Part shown: one piece after another, positions 52,633-62,695 of the stretch | How the letters are laid out: the number at the start of each line of letters is the position of its first letter | Numbering within the stretch: position 1 is the first letter of the stretch | Assembly (NCBI GenBank): GCA_963790305.1 | Contig: CAWBOC010000008.1 | Coordinates: 1 to 64,000, forward strand | Source of the DNA: an uncultured Gemmatimonadaceae bacterium | GTDB taxonomy: Bacteria; Gemmatimonadota; Gemmatimonadetes; Gemmatimonadales; Gemmatimonadaceae | Direction of reading: 5' to 3' | Length of the DNA stretch: 64,000 nt | Made by a program: the position numbers and the translations under genes | The notes under the pieces: model-generated | The model's database searches: none | What the model was told of the DNA's origin: nothing | Seen by the model: only the letters and a program-made list of their open reading frames with translations

Positions 52633-54020
52633 AGCGGCTCACGCCCTTTTTCGCCTTCGCGACGCTCGCGCTCGCCGCGCTCCCCGCGCGCGCGCAGGCG
52701 CCACGCGAAGCACCGCCCGCACCGGGCGCGCCGAAAGACTTCACCCTTGCCGCGCTCCGCACGTTCGCGCTGCCTAACGGGCTCGAAGTCACCATGGCGC
52801 CGTACGGCAACACGCCCAAAGTCGCCGTCCGCCTCGTGATCCAGACCGGGAACGTCGATGAGACCGCCCAGACCACCTGGCTGGCCGACCTCACGCGCGA
52901 CCTGATGCTCGAGGGAACCACCACCCGCAGCTCGCAACAGATCGCCGAGGAAGCGGCGCAGTACGGGGGAGCCGTCGCGTTCAACGTCGGAATGAACGAA
53001 AGCTCTGTTGGCGCGGACGTGCTCTCGGAATTCGGCCCGAACATGGTGCGGCTCATTGCCGACATCGCACGGAACCCGAAATTCCCGGAGACCGAGCTCG
53101 CGCGCCTCAAGGCGAACCGCCTGCGTCAGATCACCGTGTCGAAGAGCCAGCAGCAGCAGCTCGCGAACGAGAAGTTCCTCGCCGTGCTCTACCCGAATCA
53201 TCCCTACGGGCGCCTCTTCCCCACCGAGTCGCAGGTCCAGGGCTACACGATCGACCAGGTGAAGGCGTTCCACGCCGCGAACTACGGCGCGCGGCGCTCC
53301 CAATTCTACGTCGTCGGCCGCTTCGACCCCGCCGCCATGGAGGCGGCAATTCGCCAGAGCCTCGGAGACTGGCAGCCAGGCACGGCGCCGGTGTTCAACG
53401 CTCCCGCTCCGAAGACGGCGCGCGTCATCCACGTCGTCGATCGGCCAGGCGCGGTGCAGAGCACGATCTACCTCGGCCTGCCCGTGGTCGATCCGTCACA
53501 CCCGGACTACGTCGCCCTCCGCGTCACCGACGCGATCCTCGGCGGCTCCTTCGGCTCGCGCATCACCAGCAACATTCGCGAGCAGAAGGGCTACACGTAC
53601 TCGCCGTTCAGCACGATCAACCCGTTTCTCAAGAACGCCTATTGGGCCGAGATCGCCGACGTGACGACGAACGTGACGGGCCCATCGCTGAAGGAGATCT
53701 TCTTCGAGATCGATCGCCTGCAGTCCGAGGCCCCTTCGGCACAGGAGCTTCAGTCGATTCAGCGATATCTGGCGGGGATCTTCGTACTTCAGAACTCGTC
53801 GCGGAACGGCATCATCAACCAGCTCCAGTTCACCGAGCTGCACGGCCTCGGCGAGAACTACCTGCGCGACCTGGTGCGGAAGATCTACGCGATAACACCA
53901 GCCGACGTGCAGCGCATCGCGCGCGAGTACCTGAAGGACGACACGATGACGATCGTCATCGCCGGCGACCGTCGCGTTATCGAAGAGCAGTTGAAGCCCT
54001 TCGGGTCCATCCTGCAGTAA
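52629..54020 (+). CDS. M16 family peptidase, non-catalytic partner subunit
   Basis: LPNGL, HPYG, GGSFGSRITSNIREQKGYTY; lacks HxxEH; ATGA overlap. Confidence 0.9.
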   Translation: MKRLTPFFAFATLALAALPARAQAPREAPPAPGAPKDFTLAALRTFALPNGLEVTMAPYGNTPKVAVRLVIQTGNVDETAQTTWLADLTRDLMLEGTTTRSSQQIAEEAAQYGGAVAFNVGMNESSVGADVLSEFGPNMVRLIADIARNPKFPETELARLKANRLRQITVSKSQQQQLANEKFLAVLYPNHPYGRLFPTESQVQGYTIDQVKAFHAANYGARRSQFYVVGRFDPAAMEAAIRQSLGDWQPGTAPVFNAPAPKTARVIHVVDRPGAVQSTIYLGLPVVDPSHPDYVALRVTDAILGGSFGSRITSNIREQKGYTYSPFSTINPFLKNAYWAEIADVTTNVTGPSLKEIFFEIDRLQSEAPSAQELQSIQRYLAGIFVLQNSSRNGIINQLQFTELHGLGENYLRDLVRKIYAITPADVQRIAREYLKDDTMTIVIAGDRRVIEEQLKPFGSILQ

Positions 54021-54023
54021 GGC

Positions 54024-54144
54024 GAATGCGGAAGGCGGAATGCGGATTCTTGTAAGACCGTAATTAAGGAGGGCTCCGAAAGACTATTCGGAGCCCTCCT
54101 TAGTTGCGGTCTTACAGGCAATCCGCATTCCGCATTCCGCATTC
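54024..54144. repeat. Long palindrome: 7-nt repeat arms around a 30-bp inner stem; probable bidirectional terminator
   Basis: Inner stem 54051-54080 / 54087-54116, loop AGACTA; between convergent genes. Confidence 0.85.
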
Positions 54145-54154
54145 ATACCCAGCC

Positions 54155-55079
54155 TTACTTCAATCTTTCTCCGCGATAAACCACTTCCCACTCGCGGACC
54201 TCTCCAGGCGCCACCCACTGCGCTCCGTTCCACCCGCCGAGTGCTTCACTGAGCGAGTCGGGAACGCCGATGCGCGGCGCGATCACCAGCGACGACGTGT
54301 TCGCTCCGCCGCCGAACGGGGCCCACCCGCGCCGCTCCACGCTCACCTCGACGTTGGCGATGCGGGACGCGTCGAACTCCACGTGCAGGCGATGCGCACC
54401 TTCCGTGACCGACGCGCGCCCGGCCGCGACGTCCACGAACAGCGTGCAGGAGAACTTCCGCGCGACGGCGTCGGGCTTGGAGAAGTCCACGATCGCCTTT
54501 GCGCTCCGGAGCTTGGGCCATCGGTGCTCCGCGCCGACGCCGAGGAGATCGATGCCCTGCTGCGCGCCGATGCGCGTGCGAGCGGTGTCGGGGAGCTCGA
54601 CCGTCGTGGCCTCGCCGAGTGGTAGAGTGGCGCGCGCACCCCAGAGAAAGGGCAGCTTTTCCTTGCCTTCATTGCTCAGCGAATAGCGCATGATCACCGC
54701 GTCGGACGCCACGCGAAGCTCGCGGGCGTAACGCCACGGGGCGCGCTCACCCGTCCACTCGGTCACCGCCCGAAGCGCAGCGGCGCCTTCCTCGGGATCG
54801 TGCGTCTCCATCGTGAACGAGGGAGCGCGCGCGGCGATCTCTCCGCCGGCGGGGAGCGACTGTCCGCCGAGCGAAGGAATCCCCGACGAGAATGGTGCAT
54901 GCGGCAACGGTGGGAAAGCACTCCGCGATTCCGCCCCGGTCACCGTCAGCCAGCCACTGCCGGCCACCGAGATCGAGGGCGATGATGCGCCCGCCCTGGG
55001 CGGGAACGAAGGCGACGCGCGCATTCTCGGCGCTCAGCTCGACGATGCCCGGCGGCGTTGCGACGTTTGCCCGGCTCAT
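54155..55079 (-). CDS. Galactose mutarotase-like protein (frameshift near 54880)
   Basis: VPAQGGRIIAL, GGIAECFPTV, YSLSN...LPFLWG. Confidence 0.65.
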
Positions 55080-55089
55080 CGCTCCCACC

Positions 55090-56298
55090 TCACCTGATGT
55101 CCGCCCGACCGATGCCGCGCGTAGCAAGTACGCGGGAAACCGCGTCTCCGATCTTGTTGTTCGGTGTGCTCGCCCCGGCAGTGATGCCCACGCGCAGCGC
55201 GCCCGAGGGAGCGAGCCATTCGGAAGTCTCCGTTTCCGCCTTTTGGGTAGCATCCCAATGCCGAACCGTTCCCCGCTCGGGGTCGATGCACGTCGCATCC
55301 TCCACGTGGTACGTCGCTACCTTCGTCGCGCAGATCGCCGCGAGCGAGATCGTGTTGCTCGAGTTGTAGCCGCCAATGACGAGCATCGCGTCGAGTGGCT
55401 CGCGCAGCAGCTCGTCCACCGCATCCTGCCGATCCTGCGTCGCCGAGCAGATCGTGTCGAAGGACCGGAAATGGAAGGCGCGGTGGCTGTCGCCAAAGGC
55501 GCGCGCCATCGCGTCCCCCACGGCCTCCGCGATCGCCAGCGATTCACGCGCGAGCATGGTCGTCTGATTGGCGACGCCGATCCTCGCCAGGTGCTGCTCG
55601 GGATCGAATCCGGGGCCGGCACCCTTGCCGAGCTGCCCCATGAGACCCTCGCGATCCAGCGTTCCTTCAATGTACTGACAGACCAGCCGCGCTTCGGCCA
55701 TGTCACGCACGATCAGATACTGTCCCCCGGAGAACTTGGTCACCTGCGATGCCGTCGCGCGCGTCTCCTCATGGTAGTACTTCCCATGAATGAGGGCGGT
55801 GAACCCGTCTTTCGCGTAGCTCTCGACGCGCTTCCAGACGTTGAGCACCGATCCGCAGGTCGTGTCGACGACGACGCAGCCGATCGCCCGAAGTAGCTCG
55901 AAGTCACGAATGGTGACGCCGAACGCGGGCAGGATGACGACGTCCTGTGGACCGACCGTCGAGTAGTCGAACGCACCCTGCTCCGGCTGCAGGATGGTGA
56001 TTCCCATCGAGCGGAGCTTGGCGTTGACGTGCGGATTGTGGATGATCTCGCCGACGAGGAAGATGCGGCGATCGGGGAACTTGCTGCGGGTCTGGTACGC
56101 GTACTCGACGGCTCGCTCGACCCCGTAGCAGAACCCGAACTCCCTGGCGAGCCTGATGGTGACGTCTCCAATCGAGAGCGTTCCCTCTCGCTCGCGCAGG
56201 AGATCGACGAGCCCCCCGGAGTAGTCCGCGTCGAGCGTTCCCTGCACGGCCGACTTGAGGCCGAATCCTTTGCGGTAGTACGTCTCGGACGAGGACAT
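55090..56298 (-). CDS. ispH: 4-hydroxy-3-methylbut-2-enyl diphosphate reductase
   Basis: FGFCYGVERA, EIIHNP, DTTC, HEET, NQTT, DTICSAT, SSNT, TAGASTP. Confidence 0.95.
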   Translation of the reverse strand: MSSSETYYRKGFGLKSAVQGTLDADYSGGLVDLLREREGTLSIGDVTIRLAREFGFCYGVERAVEYAYQTRSKFPDRRIFLVGEIIHNPHVNAKLRSMGITILQPEQGAFDYSTVGPQDVVILPAFGVTIRDFELLRAIGCVVVDTTCGSVLNVWKRVESYAKDGFTALIHGKYYHEETRATASQVTKFSGGQYLIVRDMAEARLVCQYIEGTLDREGLMGQLGKGAGPGFDPEQHLARIGVANQTTMLARESLAIAEAVGDAMARAFGDSHRAFHFRSFDTICSATQDRQDAVDELLREPLDAMLVIGGYNSSNTISLAAICATKVATYHVEDATCIDPERGTVRHWDATQKAETETSEWLAPSGALRVGITAGASTPNNKIGDAVSRVLATRGIGRADIR

Positions 56299-56387
56299 GA
56301 TCGGAATCTAGTCCTGAGGGGAGGCTTCCCACAGGGACGAGTGAGTCGGGCGAATGTGATGCGTGTCGCTCATCGCGCATCGAGCCG

Positions 56388-56493
56388 AACTGCATCACCA
56401 CGGAGGCACAGAGGACACAGAGGACGCCCAATTCCAAAGGCCCATGGAGTTGGCCGTCCTCTGTGTCCTCTGTGCCTCTGTGGTGATGCAGTT
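56388..56493. repeat. Palindrome with CACAGAGGA-type tandem repeats
   Basis: AACTGCATCACCACGGAGGCACAGAGGACACAGAGGACG / CGTCCTCTGTGTCCTCTGTGCCTCTGTGGTGATGCAGTT; about 49-bp stem, 8-nt loop. Confidence 0.9.
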
Positions 56494-56704
56494 TAGACTC
56501 GTGGTGCGACCGGCCATCGTTAGGCACCCCCCGACTCCCAGCGGAGGTTCCCACCGTACCATCTACGGCCGCTCCGATGGTTAAGCCTCTCAGGATGCCC
56601 AGAACACCCGTTCGACGGCCCCTCTTCGGGCATTTTGACATGCTCCCTCCGAGCCCCCCGGCCGGGTACATTCAAGGGCCTTGTCGCACCCGCCATCCCT
56701 CCCC

Positions 56705-57691
56705 ATGACATCCGAAGTTTCCGAAGGCCTCCCGCCGCTCGTTCGTCCCCCCGCTCTCCAGAAGGGCGACGCGATCGGCGTCGTGGCGCCATCGTACTCA
56801 CCGCGCGAAGGGTGGCTCATGCGCGGCGTGAAAGCGCTCGAGCGCGCGGGATATCCGGTGCTGCTCGATCCCGAGATCAACGAGATCCGACGCTTCCAGC
56901 GCCGCGAGGATGAGCGGCGCGCGGAGAACTTCACCGGGATGTGGCTGGATCCGCGGGTCAAGGCCGTCATCGGTGGAACCGGTGGCTATGGCGCCGTTCG
57001 CATGCTGCCGCATCTCGATCCGGAAGTGTTCCGCCGAAATCCGAAGGCCTTCGTCGGCTACTCGGACATCACCGCGCTGCACCTCTGGCTCATGCGGCGC
57101 GCGGGACTTCGCGTCTTCCACGGTCCCACCGTCGACGATCTCATCCCGAGCACGCGCGATCCCAGCATGGCCGGCCTCATTCAGGCGCTCACCAATCCGC
57201 GCCCCTCCTCGCGGATCGGCCGCGGCATGGCGCGCGCGATGCGGCCTGGACATGCGGTCGGGCGCCTCATCGGCGGAAACCTGTCGCTCGTCCAGCAAAC
57301 CATCGGCACGCCGTATGAGGTCGACACGCGCGACGCAATCCTCTTTCTCGAGGAGACGCGCGACCCCATGTCGGTCACCGACGAGCGGCTCGTGCACCTG
57401 CGCGCCGCTGGGCTGCTGCGCCACGTCCGCGGTATCGTCTTCGGCCAGCTGTCGATCGACCGCTCCGAGGAAGACGAGTTCGAGGACTTCCTCCTCGACC
57501 TCGTCGCGGACTTGAATGTGCCCGTGTTGATGGACTTCCCCGCCGGCCACGAAGTCCCGAACCTCACCCTGCCGCTCGGGACCGACGTCGAGTTGGTCGT
57601 CGAGGACAACACGGGCTGGCTTTCCTATCGCGAAGACGCGCTCGAAGCGAGTGAGGAGACGTCGCCGCTCCTGGTTGGTGCGGCGCCGTGA
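56705..57691 (+). CDS. ldcA: LD-carboxypeptidase (S66)
   Basis: GGYG, GYSDIT, HGP, GGNL, LFLEE, GH. Confidence 0.88.
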   Translation: MTSEVSEGLPPLVRPPALQKGDAIGVVAPSYSPREGWLMRGVKALERAGYPVLLDPEINEIRRFQRREDERRAENFTGMWLDPRVKAVIGGTGGYGAVRMLPHLDPEVFRRNPKAFVGYSDITALHLWLMRRAGLRVFHGPTVDDLIPSTRDPSMAGLIQALTNPRPSSRIGRGMARAMRPGHAVGRLIGGNLSLVQQTIGTPYEVDTRDAILFLEETRDPMSVTDERLVHLRAAGLLRHVRGIVFGQLSIDRSEEDEFEDFLLDLVADLNVPVLMDFPAGHEVPNLTLPLGTDVELVVEDNTGWLSYREDALEASEETSPLLVGAAP

Positions 57692-59404
57692 CTGATCGGC
57701 CCGCAATGCGCCGGCGCGATTTCCTCGCGGCGGCCGGGGCCGCATTGGCATCACTCGGCTGCGGGGGCCGCGTTGGGCTTCCCGGACGCTCGCGATGGGA
57801 TCTCGTCGTTCGAAACGGCACCATCATCGACGGATCGGGCGGCGCACCCTTCGAAGGTGACGTCGCGATCGCCGACGGCCGCATCGCTGCCATCGGTCGA
57901 TCGCTGAGTGGGAGCGCAGGGGAGGAGATCGATGCGCGCGGGCTCGCCGTCGCCCCAGGCTTCATCGACATTCACTCGCACGCCGATGGAACGCTGTTCG
58001 ACGATCCGCGCGCCGAGTCGGTGATCCGCCAGGGCGTGACCACGGTGATCGTCGGGCAGGACGGAGGCTCCCGTGGCCCGTCCCGCGACGACCCCAGCGC
58101 TCGCACGCAGGTTCGGCGCTCGCTCCGCGCCCACGGTCCCTTTTCGTCGTTAGGCGATTTCCTCGCCGCGGTCGACGCGCTGCCCCCCGCCGTGAACGTC
58201 GCGTCGATGGTGGGACTGGGGACGGTGCGCGGGATCGTCGTCGGCAACGACGACCGGCCGGCGACTCCCGCCGAGCTCGCGCGGATGCGGTCGCTGGTGA
58301 GCGCGGCCATCGAGCATGGTGCATGCGGCGCCTCGTCGGGGCTCGAGTACGTGCCCGGCGCGTTCGCGTCGCAGCAAGAGCTCGCCGCGGTGTGCGGGCC
58401 GCTCGCCGCGGCGAGACTCCCGTACGCCACGCACATGCGCAACGAGGACGACCGCCTGCTCGACTCGCTGGACGAGTCCATTGCGGTTGCGCGGGCAGCC
58501 GGCTGTCCACTTCAGGTCTCGCACCTCAAGACGCAGGGACCGCGGAACTGGCCAAAGATCGACGCCGCCCTCGACCGCCTCGAGAAGGCGCGCGCCTCCG
58601 GACTCGATGTGGCGTTCGACCGGTATCCCTACGTCGCGTACCAGACAGGGCTCACCAATCTCTTTCCGGCATGGAGCCGCGATGGAGGGACGCAGCGTTT
58701 CCTCGCCCGGCTTCGTGACTCGGCGACCGCCACCCGCATCCGCGATGAAGCGCTGGCGAAGGTCGAGCTCATCGGCGGCTGGGACAACGTCCAGATCACG
58801 TCGGTGAGCAACGACGCCGATCGCGCGGCTGAAGGCCAGCGGCTCGGCGCCTGGGCCAAGGCGTTCTCGCGCCGATCCCTATCAAGCGGCGGTTGGATTG
58901 CTCGAGCGCAGTGGCGGAGACGTGGGCATGGTCGGGTTCGCGATGAGCGAGGACAACATCGCGCGCTTCCTCGCGCACCCGCTCGGGATGGTGTGCAGCG
59001 ATGGCGGCGCATTCGCGACCGAGGGGCCGGCGCGTCGCGGCCATCCTCACCCGCGCTCACTCGGCTCCTTCCCGCGGGTGTTGGGACACTACGTCCGCGA
59101 GCGACGCGCGCTGCCTCTCGAGGACGCCGTGCGGAAGATGAGCGCCTTTCCGGCGTCGCGAGTGCGACTCACCGATCGCGGGCATGCTGCGACAGGGGCT
59201 TGCGGCGGACGTCGTCGTGTTCGACCCGGCGACAGTCACCGACCGCGCGACCTTCGCCGAGCCGTTTCGTTATGCGGAGGGAATCCGGGTCGTCATCGTC
59301 AACGGAGTGACCGCCCTGCGCGACGGCGAACGCGCCGAGCGACGGGCGGGCCGCGGCTCTACGGCCGGTACAGCAAGGGCGCTAAGGGCGTCGAGCGCCC
59401 CTAG
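57688..59404 (+). CDS. N-acyl-D-amino-acid deacylase family, Tat-exported (frameshifts near 58870 and 59185; end uncertain)
   Basis: RRRDFL signal; PGFIDIHSH, HMRNE, SHLK, HPRSLGSFPR, ADVVVFDP. Confidence 0.85.
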
Positions 59405-59426
59405 CGCCCCTAGCGCCCCTAGCGCC
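59375..59426. repeat. Short palindrome of 9-nt repeats (AAGGGCGCT / TAGCGCCCC)
   Basis: Two left units, three to four right units, at a convergent gene junction. Confidence 0.75.
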
Positions 59427-60030
59427 TCTGCTCTTCGCTGTCCTTCATCTCGACATAGCCCGCGAAGCGAGCCGATACGGTGCTCCGCGCGACGCCGTTC
59501 AGGAGCTGGTAGTCGAAGTCGCCGGTGACGATCGACGCCTGACGAACCTGAATGAGATCGCCAGCACGCCAGGTGTCGGCCTGCGGCCGGTGCGGCAGGT
59601 AGATCTCCCACATCGTCCCGTCGGCCAGCATGATGAAGGTCGATCCATCCATCGACCGCAGCATCTGCGCGCCATTCGGCAGCTTGTGTGGAAGCCACGG
59701 CTTCCCCGTTAGGCTCGGCTGCTCGGCCTGGCGCATGGGCGCCTGACGAGATGGCTCCGCGCGCGGCGCGAGATCGGCGCGCGGGGAATCGGTCTCGCGG
59801 GCGGGCAAGCGGTCGATGCGACGTGCGACCGCGGCCACGGTTCCGGTGTAGCGGGCGAGCCAGCGCTCGAGACTCTGGCGCTGCGCGACGCTGAGGTTGG
59901 CGACCCCCGTCGCCATCTGATCCTGTGCCGACATGACCTCATCGAGCTTGACGTCAGATGCCTGCGCGAGCAGCGCGCATGGCATCGACACGAGAGCTAC
60001 GAGGAGCGCCGACAGAATACGAGTGCGCAT
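59419..60030 (-). CDS. Hypothetical secreted protein
   Basis: AGGAGG RBS; signal peptide MRTRILSALLVAL; last 203 aa of ORF 59419-61920. Confidence 0.75.
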   Translation of the reverse strand: MRTRILSALLVALVSMPCALLAQASDVKLDEVMSAQDQMATGVANLSVAQRQSLERWLARYTGTVAAVARRIDRLPARETDSPRADLAPRAEPSRQAPMRQAEQPSLTGKPWLPHKLPNGAQMLRSMDGSTFIMLADGTMWEIYLPHRPQADTWRAGDLIQVRQASIVTGDFDYQLLNGVARSTVSARFAGYVEMKDSEEQRR

Positions 60031-60087
60031 AACGTCCTCCTCTGGTTGCTGAGGAGAACATGGAGAAGTGTGCCATGGGAAAGCAAT

Positions 60088-60220
60088 GAGGATTGCGGAT
60101 TGCGGAATGCGGAACCTAAGTCCGAGCGCGTATCCGCTGCTCAGCAATTGGGCAGCGCATGACCTTGCTCGGACTTCTTGACGTGCATATCCGCGCTCCG
60201 CATTCCGCGATTCCGCATTC
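60088..60220. repeat. Palindrome of 7-nt repeats with structured spacer
   Basis: GAGGATTGCGGATTGCGGAATGCGGAA ... TCCGCATTCCGCGATTCCGCATTC; inner AAGTCCGAGC/GCTCGGACTT stem. Confidence 0.8.
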
Positions 60221-60221
60221 G

Positions 60222-62215
60222 CTAAGGCGCTTCCCACGTGATTGTTCCGCCGATCCATATCCGGAAACGCGAGCTCCGGATCGATCTCCACCGCGCGCAC
60301 GGTGGCGGCGCTTGCGATGCGGGCCGTCTGCGTGCGGGCGCCGGCCAGCCAGGGGTCGACCGGAAGCTCCAGCCGTTCCGTGCGGCCGTCGGTGCGCGTG
60401 ATGGCGAGCCGGACGGGCATTGGCGCGAGACCGCGGTCCTCGATCGTCACCAGCAGCGTGCCGCCCTCCTCGCGCGCGCCGCTCACCGCCTGGTCGAGCG
60501 TCCAGGTCTCGAACCACCACGTGGTCCAGAACCAGTCGAGGTCGCGGCCCGCGACGTCCTCGACCGTATTCCAGAAGTCGTACGGTGTCGGATGCTTGTT
60601 GATCCACCTCCGCCCGTACTCGCGGTAGGCGCGCAGGAAGAGGTCGTCGCCGAGGAGAGCCCGAAGAGAGCGAAGGTTGATCGCCATCTTGTCGTAGCTG
60701 GCGATGCCGAACGCCGGCGATCCAATGGGATACAGGTCGCCGTGTCGCATGAGCTCGACCTCGGTGCCGGCGCGCGCGAGGCTCAGGTAGTTATCCCGGG
60801 ACAGCCGCTCGCGATCGTAGCCGGGGAAGAATTCCTGCATCCCCTGCGCCTGATTGAAGCGCGTGAGCCCTTCGTCCTGCCAGGAGTACCGCTTCTCGTC
60901 CGAGCCGACCTGCATCGGAAACCACATGTGCGCGATCTCGTGCACCGTCACCGAATACAGGGCGAGCGTGTCGCGCCGCCCGCCGATGCACGTCATCATC
61001 GGATACTCCATCCCGCTGCAGGAGACGACGCCATCGACCGCCGTCATGTGCGGGTACGGATAGGGCCACAGGTAGCGGGACAGAAACTCGATGGAGTGCT
61101 GCGCATAACGAGCCGACTGGTCCCATGCCCATGCTCGGCGCTGCGGACGCCAGAATGTATGAATGGCGGCGGTGTCCGGGCGCCCGTCACCGGTCGCGTC
61201 CCCCGCCACGGCGACGGTGGCGTCCCACAGGTACTTGTCCGAGGTGCCGAAGGCGAAATCGCGAACGTTGGTCGCGTGGAAGCGCCAGGTGAGCTTGCCA
61301 TCCCGCCCGCGCGGCGTCGCCTTCCCCGCGCCACGATCCGCCTCGGCGACGACATGCGTGATGTCGCGTGATCGACGGGCCGAATCGAGCCGGGCGCGCG
61401 TCTGCGCGCTCAGTACCTCGGTGGCGTTGGTCAGCTCTCCGGTCGCGGCGACGAGCCATCCTTCAGGGACAGTGATCGAGACGTCGTAATCGCCGTATCC
61501 CATGTAGAACTCGGCGGTTCCCATGTACGGGTCGGTCTGCCAGCGGCGAGCGACATCGTCGTAGACGGCGAACTGCGGATACCAGTACGCGATGTACGCA
61601 ATCTCTCCATCGTCGCCCCCACGCGGCGCGCCGTCCGGCGGCACGGTGTACTGCCATTCGACATCGAGCTGCACGGTGGCGCCTGGCAGAATGCGAGCCG
61701 GGGGCCGCACGCGAAGGATCGTCGAGGAAACCTCGTATCCCGTGGCGGTGTCGTTAGGTGCTTCCCCGACCGGCCGGCCGTCGATGGCAACGCGCCGCAG
61801 CTCGACGCCGCCAGTCACCGGCACCGCTTCGTTTCGAATCGCGTCGGGAGCGAAGAGATTCGCGTAGAGATGGAGAAAGACGTTTCGGAGCGTGTCCGGC
61901 GAGCGATTGGTGTATCGCATCGTGCCGCGACCGGTCAGACGCTTGGTCGCGGGGTCGTACGTCGCCTCGAGCCGATAGGTGGAATACTGCTGCCAGTAGT
62001 TCGGCCCCGGCCGCCCCGTTCGGGTTCGCGTTCCACGCTCGACCGCGCGGGCGAAGTCACTGGTCTCGAAAACCGGGTACGGACGCGGTCGCCCTGGCGC
62101 CGCGGCGGCCGCACCGCGGATGCGCTACCGGTGGTCGCTCGGCCGTCTGCGGCTTGGTGGCGCAACGCAGGCGAGCCAACAACGCCACGGCCATCCCGCA
62201 ATCCGAAATCCGCAT
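60222..62215 (-). CDS. M1 family aminopeptidase (frameshifts near 62125 and 60240)
   Basis: PGPNYWQQ, GMEYP, HEIAH, WQDEG, YDK. Confidence 0.85.
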
Positions 62216-62227
62216 TCCGCAATCCTC
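62196..62227. repeat. Single arm of 7-nt repeats (CCGCAAT-type x4)
   Basis: CCGCAATCCGAAATCCGCATTCCGCAATCCTC. Confidence 0.75.
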
Positions 62228-62235
62228 GCGTGGAC

Positions 62236-62682
62236 CTACGCCGCCTTCCGAGCCTCTTCCGGCGCCATCACGAACTGCTCCACGGCACGCGCGACCTCGG
62301 CGGGGAGTGGCTTCTTCTGGAACGTTGACCGCGATACGCAGACCAGCACCTGATGCGCCGTGGCATGGAGCACGCCCTCGGCGCTCATGACGTCGAAGTT
62401 GATGGTGAGCGACGTGGTGCCGATGCGGCTGAAGTAGGTGACGACCTTGAGCCGCTCGTCGAGCAGGGCCGGCGAGAAAAACTCGGTGTGCATGATCTTC
62501 CGCGGAAGCCACATGTCGTAGCGGTCGAACATTTCCTTGAAGGGGAGCCCCGCGGCGCGGAAGATCTCGGTCTCCGCCAGCTCGAAGAACCGAATGTACG
62601 CGCCGTAGCAGATGATGCCGGCGAGATCGATGTCGCCCCATCGGACGTACTCGGAGATGATGAAGGGCTTTTTCGGCGGCAT
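62236..62682 (-). CDS. Acyl-CoA thioesterase (4HBT/YbgC hot-dog fold)
   Basis: VRWGDIDLAGII..YIRFFELAE. Confidence 0.88.
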   Translation of the reverse strand: MPPKKPFIISEYVRWGDIDLAGIICYGAYIRFFELAETEIFRAAGLPFKEMFDRYDMWLPRKIMHTEFFSPALLDERLKVVTYFSRIGTTSLTINFDVMSAEGVLHATAHQVLVCVSRSTFQKKPLPAEVARAVEQFVMAPEEARKAA

Positions 62683-62695
62683 GGCTACCTCGACT

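Noticed and set aside
56540..56600. Glycine riboswitch (CTCTCAGG) or TPP riboswitch (CTGAGA on the - strand)
   Set aside because: Other conserved elements (GGAGA and CCGAAG with P3 stems; GAACCTGA) are missing or wrongly spaced.
59419..61920. 833-aa ORF suggesting an M1 peptidase fused to a novel C-terminal domain
   Set aside because: The linker translates a heptamer palindrome. Removing one base near 60240 gives a normal end (NNTWEAP*, stop 60222), and the downstream part has its own RBS and signal peptide.
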